This document shows positions 58,204-64,000 of a stretch of DNA of 64,000 bases, piece by piece. How positions within the stretch are numbered: the stretch's first letter is position 1; each line of letters opens with the position of its first letter. This stretch comes from an uncultured Rhodospirillaceae bacterium (GTDB lineage Bacteria > Pseudomonadota > Alphaproteobacteria > UBA9219). The DNA is taken from positions 6,794-70,793 of the forward strand of contig CAYVNS010000009.1 in NCBI GenBank assembly GCA_964453225.1. The letters run 5' to 3'. A program made the position numbers and the translations under genes. The notes beneath the pieces were generated by a model that worked only from the letters and a program-made list of their open reading frames with translations, did no database searches and was not told the DNA's origin.

Positions 58204-60549
58204 ATGCTCGCTTATGTTCGACTTGCCGTCTTTTCAGGCAAAATAACCATCCTCTTTCTTCTTGCCCTTCTTCTCCTTTCCCATGTGCCGCCGTCGTACC
58301 TCCCCGCGGCCTTCGCCGCCGCCGCGCTGGTTCTGGCTTTGGCGGTTTTTGCGGACACGTATTGGCCGAAGCGTTTTGACGTTTCGACAAAGCTTGAGAC
58401 GTGGATGCTCTCGGCCTCAGGCGAGCTTGAAAAACGGTTTCTCGTGATGTCGCCGCGTTCGATAAAAGCGGGCATCTTCGTCGTCGCGGGCCTCTCGCTT
58501 TTTCTCGAACTGGCCTTGATCCGCTGGGAAGCCGAGCACTTTCCCGTTTTCGGCATGTACAAGAATTTCACGCTGCTCGCCTGCTTTTGCGGCATCGGGC
58601 TTGGCTACGCCATGGCGAAGGACGCGCGCCTTCTTTTGCCGGCAACGCTGCCGGTGCTTGCCTTTCTGGTTATTTCCATTCTTCTTTTTCGTTATGGGAT
58701 GAGTCCGGCCGCGCTGAACGTTTTGCAGGTTGTGCCTGTCCGCGAGGAGGCCAGCGTCTTTTTTTCCTTAAGGGGAATCGACGCGTCCACGCAGTTCGTC
58801 CTGACGCTGCCTGTTTATATCTTGTTGACGCTGGTTTTTTTCCTCAACGCCCTTGTTCTTTTGCCGATCGGCCAGTTGTGCGGCTTTTTTATGCAAAAAA
58901 TACCCGCGTTGCCCGGCTATGGCTGCAATCTTTTGGGGAGCCTGGCCGGTGTGTGCCTGTCGTTTGTGCTGAGCTGGCTTTGGGCCGGCCCTTCCATTTG
59001 GTTTTGCCTCGTTGTCGCCGCTCTTGCTTTTTATCAAGTCGACATTGCGTCGCTTCGGCGCGTCGTTCTGGCGGGCCTGACCGTTTGCGTCATCGCGCTG
59101 AATTGGCCGGCCGATCCCCTGATGCACAGCCTTTATTCGCCGTATCAGTTTATTCAGGCAACGACGCAACGCAACGGGCTTCTTCAAATCCTCGCGGCGG
59201 GAAAATACTATCAGAAGGTCTACGATTTCAGCCAAAGGGATGCCGCAGACGAGCCCGCCAACAAAAAACTTTCCCAGGTTTTCGGTTATTATGAGCTTCC
59301 TTTCAAGGCGGCACCCTCTTTGCGGAAAGTCGCCATTGTCGGCGCCGGGACGGGCAACGATGTGGCGGCGGCTTTGCGCAACGGAGCGGAATCCGTCGAC
59401 GCGGTGGAGCTTGATCCTGCGATTTACAGGCTCGGCTTGGCACATCATCCGGAACGCCCTTATCAGGATGCGCGCGTCAGGGCCGTTATCAACGACGCGC
59501 GGAATTTCTTTCAGGGAACGACGGATCGCTATGATGCCGTTGTTTACGGCGTTTTGGATTCGCACGTCGTTCTTTCCCATGGCGGAAACGTCCGGACGGA
59601 TTCGTTCGTTTACACGCAGGAAGGGTTGAGGAAGGCGTACGATCTTTTAAAGCCGGGGGGCATGCTCAGCGTTTCGTTCGCCTTGCCGAACAAGTTGATG
59701 GGCGAGAAAATTTTTCGCATCCTTCAGTCTTTTCCGGATAAGGGAACGCTGGCCGCCATCTTGACGGGCTATGACAGCAACGACACGACGACGTTTATCC
59801 TTACGAAGGAAAAGACGATCCCCTTGCCGGAAATGTTCATGGCGAAGCATGACTTGAAGAATGTCACGGCGGCTTATGAGGAAACGCTGAGCCAAACGCT
59901 TGATCTGCCCTCGGACAACTGGCCGTTCTTTTACATGGATTCCCGGATGTATCCGGTCACGTATCTTGCCGCGCTTGGCTTGATTGTGTGGCTTTCCTAT
60001 TTTTTGGTGCAGAAGCTGCTCGCGAAACAAAAGTTCGACGTTTCGCTGCTGCCGTTTTTCTTTCTCGGCGCGGGTTTCATGCTTGTGGAAACGAAGGCGA
60101 TTACGGAGCTTGGGCTTGTGTTCGGCAATACGTGGCAGGTGACCGGCATTGCCATTGTCGGCGTTTTGGTCATGGCGCTTTTGGCAAACATTTTGGTCGC
60201 GATGCGGGGAACCACCGGTTTGCGGCTGCCTTTCCTGGGGGTCATATCAACGATCGTTCTGGGCTACGCCGTCGCAAGCCAGGGGCTTTTGGTTTCTTCC
60301 AGCGCGCTTGCCAAAACCGTTCAGGTCGTTTTGCTGGTAAGCCCGCTTTTTTTCTCCGGCATGATTTTTTCCCGGTTTCTGACGCAGACGAAAAATGTTC
60401 CCGGCGCTATGGCGTATAATTTAATGGGCGCCATGCTGGGCGGCGTTCTGGAATATAACGCGATGCGCTTCGGGTTTTCCTCGCTGTACATCATCGCGCT
60501 TGTTCTGTATATGGCGCCGCTTGTTCTTTTGAAGAAGAGGTCGGCATGA
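58204..60549 (+). CDS. Membrane-embedded spermidine-synthase-like (polyamine aminopropyltransferase fold) protein
   Basis: About 8 N-terminal TM helices, then a central PABS-like domain VAIVGAGTGNDVAAALRNGAESVDAVELDPAIY...RYDAVVYGVLDSH, then about 6 C-terminal TM helices; 781 aa from the chosen start. Confidence 0.7.
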   Translation: MLAYVRLAVFSGKITILFLLALLLLSHVPPSYLPAAFAAAALVLALAVFADTYWPKRFDVSTKLETWMLSASGELEKRFLVMSPRSIKAGIFVVAGLSLFLELALIRWEAEHFPVFGMYKNFTLLACFCGIGLGYAMAKDARLLLPATLPVLAFLVISILLFRYGMSPAALNVLQVVPVREEASVFFSLRGIDASTQFVLTLPVYILLTLVFFLNALVLLPIGQLCGFFMQKIPALPGYGCNLLGSLAGVCLSFVLSWLWAGPSIWFCLVVAALAFYQVDIASLRRVVLAGLTVCVIALNWPADPLMHSLYSPYQFIQATTQRNGLLQILAAGKYYQKVYDFSQRDAADEPANKKLSQVFGYYELPFKAAPSLRKVAIVGAGTGNDVAAALRNGAESVDAVELDPAIYRLGLAHHPERPYQDARVRAVINDARNFFQGTTDRYDAVVYGVLDSHVVLSHGGNVRTDSFVYTQEGLRKAYDLLKPGGMLSVSFALPNKLMGEKIFRILQSFPDKGTLAAILTGYDSNDTTTFILTKEKTIPLPEMFMAKHDLKNVTAAYEETLSQTLDLPSDNWPFFYMDSRMYPVTYLAALGLIVWLSYFLVQKLLAKQKFDVSLLPFFFLGAGFMLVETKAITELGLVFGNTWQVTGIAIVGVLVMALLANILVAMRGTTGLRLPFLGVISTIVLGYAVASQGLLVSSSALAKTVQVVLLVSPLFFSGMIFSRFLTQTKNVPGAMAYNLMGAMLGGVLEYNAMRFGFSSLYIIALVLYMAPLVLLKKRSA

Positions 60550-61118
60550 GCGGTCTTGTTAAGGCGATCATCGTTCACGGCACGAAAGGCGCGCCGTCGG
60601 GGAATTGGTTTCCGTGGCTGAAAAAGCAACTGTATCAAGAAGGCATGGACGTTTCCTGCCCCGCGTTTCCAACGCCTGAAGGGCAAACCTTTGCTTCGTG
60701 GCGGGAGGCGTTCAGGCGCGAGATCGATCGCCCTGAAGACGATATTATTCTCATTGGGCATAGCGTCGGCGCGCCGTTTGTCCTTAGAATGGCTGAGGAG
60801 TCGAACGCGCCCTATCGGGCTGTCTTTGTTGTTTGCCCTTTTGCCAGGACCTTGGGGGTTGAAGAATTTGATTCTCTAAATGCAAGCTTTATCGATCATA
60901 CGTTCGATTGGTCCCGCATCAAAAAGGGCGCGCGATCGATAGGCTGCTTTGCAGGAACGGACGACCCTTATGTGCCTTTGGACTATTCGGCGGACGTCGC
61001 CTGTAAAACGGATGCCGACTTTGTGACCATTGTGAACGGCGGGCACTTAAACGCTGAATTCGGCTTTACGGAATTCCCCCAGCTTTTGGCGAAGATCAAA
61101 AGAGTTCTGGATGAATGA
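60546..61118 (+). CDS. RBBP9/YdeN-family alpha/beta hydrolase
   Basis: 190 aa with the nucleophile elbow GHSVGA and the family's short serine-hydrolase fold. The start overlaps the previous stop (ATGA). Confidence 0.65.
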   Translation: MSGLVKAIIVHGTKGAPSGNWFPWLKKQLYQEGMDVSCPAFPTPEGQTFASWREAFRREIDRPEDDIILIGHSVGAPFVLRMAEESNAPYRAVFVVCPFARTLGVEEFDSLNASFIDHTFDWSRIKKGARSIGCFAGTDDPYVPLDYSADVACKTDADFVTIVNGGHLNAEFGFTEFPQLLAKIKRVLDE

Positions 61119-61222
61119 GCGGGCGTATACGGACGCATTGAAGGACGAATGTCCTTGACATTGGCAAGCGGAAATTCGAGCCTTTCCGGAAACCCCTTTT
61201 TGATTAACGGAAAGGATTTGCC

Positions 61223-61726
61223 ATGACTGTCGAAAGCGCGCTTGGCCTTGCCGGTATTTATACACTAAAAATTTTGGGCGCTATTGCCATCTTTATTATC
61301 GGCAAATGGGCGCTGAAATTCGCCATATCCCTGGTTAAGCGCCTCATGGCGAGGAGCAAGGTCGATCAGACGCTCGTTTCGTTTTTGGGGAATGTTCTTT
61401 ACGGGCTTGGCCTTGCTTTCGTTGTCATTGCGGCTTTGGGCCAGCTGGGGATACAGACAACGCCTCTTGCCGCCATTATCGCCGCGGCCGGCCTTGCCAT
61501 AGGCTTGGCGCTTCAGGGATCGCTTGGGAATTTGGCCTCGGGCGTCATGCTTATCGCGCTTCATCCTTTCAGGATCGGCGACCGCATCGAGACTTGCGGC
61601 AAAAGCGGCATCGTTTCCGAGATCAATATTTTCACGACGACTTTGAAAACGGACGACAATTTGCGCGTTATTATTCCGAACGGCAAAATAACGGGCGAGA
61701 TCATCGTCAATCATAGCCCCGAATAG
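61223..61726 (+). CDS. MscS-family mechanosensitive channel, truncated (167 aa; TM helices and the start of the beta domain only)
   Basis: TM3 motif AAGLAIGLALQGSLGNLASGVMLIALHPFRIGDRIE, then ...RVIIPNGKITGEIIVNHS and a stop. The alpha/beta and C-terminal domains of canonical MscS (~280 aa) are missing. Confidence 0.65.
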   Translation: MTVESALGLAGIYTLKILGAIAIFIIGKWALKFAISLVKRLMARSKVDQTLVSFLGNVLYGLGLAFVVIAALGQLGIQTTPLAAIIAAAGLAIGLALQGSLGNLASGVMLIALHPFRIGDRIETCGKSGIVSEINIFTTTLKTDDNLRVIIPNGKITGEIIVNHSPE

Positions 61727-61837
61727 GGTCGCGGGCATTTCGCTTTCGCGCTTACAGGCGCGCATCGGGCGGAACCGTCAGCGTGAGCGCGATTAAATAG
61801 AGCGGGCTCGTCGTCCACAGCACCCATTCCGCCACTA

Positions 61838-61866
61838 AAAAAGCCCCCAAAAGGGGCTTTTTTTAG
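61838..61866. terminator. Bidirectional rho-independent terminator between mscS(+) and tRNA-Ser(-)
   Basis: aaaaaa-gcccc-caaaa-ggggc-ttttttt, embedded in the longer palindrome gccactaaaaaa...ttttttagtggc (61831-61870). Confidence 0.7.
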
Positions 61867-61956
61867 TGGCGGAGGGGATGAGATTCGAACTCACGAAACG
61901 GTTGCCCGTTTACACACTTTCCAGGCGTGCGCCTTCAACCACTCGGCCACCCCTCC
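61867..61956 (-). tRNA. tRNA-Ser (anticodon GGA), class II with a long variable arm
   Basis: Minus-strand sequence GGAGGGGTGGCCGAGTGGTTGAAGGCGCACGCCTGGAAAGTGTGTAAACGGGCAACCGTTTCGTGAGTTCGAATCTCATCCCCTCCGCCA. 7-bp acceptor stem, Ser-type D-loop, anticodon loop CU-GGA-AA, long variable arm, T-arm GTTCGAATC, and an encoded CCA. Confidence 0.9.
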
Positions 61957-62047
61957 TAAAGCCGGATGGGTATAGCGTGACTTTTTGCGCAAATAAATAC
62001 CCAACTCGCCCAAGAACGATTATTTATCAAATAAATATGCCTGTCAT

Positions 62048-62078
62048 CTTGGCAAAGGCGCTTCTCAAGCCCATATCT
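62048..62078 (+). promoter_or_regulatory. Candidate sigma-32 (RpoH) heat-shock promoter upstream of htpG
   Basis: CTTGGCA, then 15 nt, then CCCATATCT, about 45 bp upstream of the htpG ATG. This is close to the CTTGAAA-N13-15-CCCCATNT consensus. Confidence 0.45.
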
Positions 62079-62121
62079 TTGTGGTCTCGTTAGCCAACCC
62101 CTTCATGCTAAAGGTTTTTTC

Positions 62122-63987
62122 ATGACCGCTCAACAAATGCCCTTCCGCGCCGAAGTCAGCCGCCTTCTGGAAATCGTGGCCCATTCGCTTTACAGCGATA
62201 AAGAAGTGTTTTTGCGCGAATTGATCTCGAACGCCGCCGATGCCTGCGACAAGCTTCGCTATGAGGCGCTTACGCAGCCGGAACTTTTAGGCGACGATCC
62301 CGAATTCAAGATCCAGGTTTCCATCGACAAGAAGGCGCGGACCGTCACCGTTTCCGATAACGGCATCGGCATGACGCGGGACGAGCTGATCGAAAATCTG
62401 GGCACCATCGCGCAATCGGGGACTTCCGCGTTTCTTTCGAAGCTAAAAGAAACGCCGAAAACGGACGTGAGCCAGATCGGCCAGTTCGGCGTCGGTTTTT
62501 ATGCCGCTTTCATGGTGGCGCAGGCGGTCGAGGTCAATTCCCGCAAGGCCGGAACCGAGGAAAGCTGGACATGGGAATCCGCCGGGCAGGGCGAGTTCTC
62601 GGTTGAAGAGGGATCGAAGGCTTCCCGGGGAACCGAGGTCATCGTGTATCTGAAGCAGGGCGAGGACGAGTTTCTCGATGCGGCGCGGTTGCGCGACATC
62701 ATCGAGAAGTATTCGGATTTTATTTCGATCCCCGTCATTCTGGAAGGCGAGGAAAAGCCGGCCAATCGCGCGGGCGCTTTGTGGCTGCGCCCCCGGTCCG
62801 AGGTCACGGCTGAGCAATACAAGGAATTTTACCATTACGTCGCGCATGCGTATGGCGAGCCGGCTCTTACCCTGCATTGGCGGGCGGAAGGGCGCATCGA
62901 ATACACGTCGTTGCTTTTCGTGCCCGACATGAAGCCGTTCGATCTCTTCGATCCGAAGCGCCAGCATGGCGTAAAGCTTTATGTGAAGCGCGTGTTCATT
63001 ACCGATCATGCCGAAGGCCTTGTGCCGCCGTGGCTGCGTTTTTTGCGCGGCGTTGTGGACAGCGAGGACCTGCCGCTTAACGTCAGCCGCGAAATGCTGC
63101 AAAACAATCCGATGATCGCCAAAATACGGCAAGGCGTGACGAAGAAGGTTTTGGGGGATTTGAATAAATACGCAACCGACAATCCCGAAGGTTATGTGAA
63201 ATTTTGGGATAATTTCGGCGCGGTTTTAAAAGAGGGCTTATACGAGGATTTCGAGCATCGAGGCGATCTGGCGAAGCTTGTGCGTTGTCCTTCTTCCGCG
63301 AGCGATACGCTTGTTTCCCTGCCCGACTATGTTGCGCGCATGAAGCCGGGGCAGGAGTCCATTTTCTTTATTTGCGGCGAAAGCCTTGAGCAGTTGAAGC
63401 GCAATCCGCATTTGGAAGGATTCAAAGCCAAGGGCGTGGAGGTTTTGCTTCTGACGCAGACCGTCGACGATTTCTGGCCGAGCGCGATGGGCGACTACGC
63501 GGGCAAGCCGTTCAAGTCCATTACGCGCGCCGGCGAGGATTTGAGCAAGATCGAGGCGGACAAGGAGAAGGAAAAAGAAAAGGAAAAGACGACGGAACCC
63601 GCGGCGGAGGGAACGGACGATTTGATCGCTTTGATGAAGCTGACTTTGGAAGGCGCGGTCAAGGATGTGCGCAAGTCCGATCGCCTGACCTCAAGCCCGG
63701 TTTGCCTTACGGCGGACGAGGGCGATCTGGATATTCATCTGGAGCGGTTCTTGCAGCAGCATAATCAGATCCAGACGCCGACCAAGCGCATCCTTGAAGT
63801 CAATCCGACGCATCCTTTGATTGTCCAGATGGCGGCCAAGGCCAAAGCGAAAGGCGCGGCCGATAACCTGAAGGATATTGCGTGGATTTTGTTCGAACAG
63901 GCCAAGCTTCTGGACGGCGATACGCTTTCCGACCCTGTGGCCTTTAGCGAGAGGCTTGGATCGGTTCTGGCGAAGGCCGTTAGCTAA
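62122..63987 (+). CDS. htpG: Molecular chaperone HtpG (Hsp90)
   Basis: N-terminal GHKL ATPase motifs (ELISNAADAC, GQFGVGFYAAFMVA), a charged linker EKEKEKEK, and a conserved middle and C-terminal domain. Confidence 0.95.
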   Translation: MTAQQMPFRAEVSRLLEIVAHSLYSDKEVFLRELISNAADACDKLRYEALTQPELLGDDPEFKIQVSIDKKARTVTVSDNGIGMTRDELIENLGTIAQSGTSAFLSKLKETPKTDVSQIGQFGVGFYAAFMVAQAVEVNSRKAGTEESWTWESAGQGEFSVEEGSKASRGTEVIVYLKQGEDEFLDAARLRDIIEKYSDFISIPVILEGEEKPANRAGALWLRPRSEVTAEQYKEFYHYVAHAYGEPALTLHWRAEGRIEYTSLLFVPDMKPFDLFDPKRQHGVKLYVKRVFITDHAEGLVPPWLRFLRGVVDSEDLPLNVSREMLQNNPMIAKIRQGVTKKVLGDLNKYATDNPEGYVKFWDNFGAVLKEGLYEDFEHRGDLAKLVRCPSSASDTLVSLPDYVARMKPGQESIFFICGESLEQLKRNPHLEGFKAKGVEVLLLTQTVDDFWPSAMGDYAGKPFKSITRAGEDLSKIEADKEKEKEKEKTTEPAAEGTDDLIALMKLTLEGAVKDVRKSDRLTSSPVCLTADEGDLDIHLERFLQQHNQIQTPTKRILEVNPTHPLIVQMAAKAKAKGAADNLKDIAWILFEQAKLLDGDTLSDPVAFSERLGSVLAKAVS

Positions 63988-64000
63988 CCCGACTTGGGCG

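Overview
High-GC alphaproteobacterial chromosomal segment; the fliX / flgI-cheL-flbY flagellar synteny is Caulobacter-like. Most of it is dense core genome: partial waaA, a Cu P-type ATPase, atpH-atpA, rsmB, ubiA, recA, guaB, an LPS gene block (GT25, O-antigen-ligase-like, GT9), dnaQ-rimI, flagellar genes (fliX, flgI, cheL, flbY-like, fliK, flgD), dnaJ, tandem DMT transporters, pth-rplY-prs, chorismate mutase and tyrC, prfB with its +1 frameshift, panD-corA-mntP, a Y-family polymerase, argG, argH, a ydbH-ynbE-ydbL-like operon, tspO, leuCDBA-ilvE, a spermidine-synthase-like membrane protein, tRNA-Ser(GGA) and htpG. No CRISPR array, transposase, integrase or phage gene was recognised.

Second-look items: (1) an AT-rich ~1.6 kb island (37340-38930) holding two divergently transcribed genes of unknown function (one has a Cys-cluster N-terminus) between tyrC and prfB; (2) a 691-aa tail-anchored protein with a Hanks-type kinase fold in which the catalytic Lys, the HRD Asp and the DFG motif are all replaced, a predicted pseudokinase; (3) a small-basic-ORF plus 223-aa unknown-protein module; (4) several short repeat families concentrated at convergent gene ends, including two ~110-120 bp long imperfect palindromes with compensatory stem changes; (5) the alphaproteobacterial LexA motif GAAC-N7-GAAC upstream of recA and lying over the start codon of the Y-family polymerase; (6) gene lesions: an in-frame amber codon in a tandem DMT paralog, a 1-nt homopolymer frameshift in a GNAT gene, and a truncated mscS beside the tRNA; (7) an atp operon that stops after atpA, and dnaJ without dnaK.

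All coordinates and motifs were read directly from the sequence. Functional names rest on recognisable family signatures, and no database search was run.
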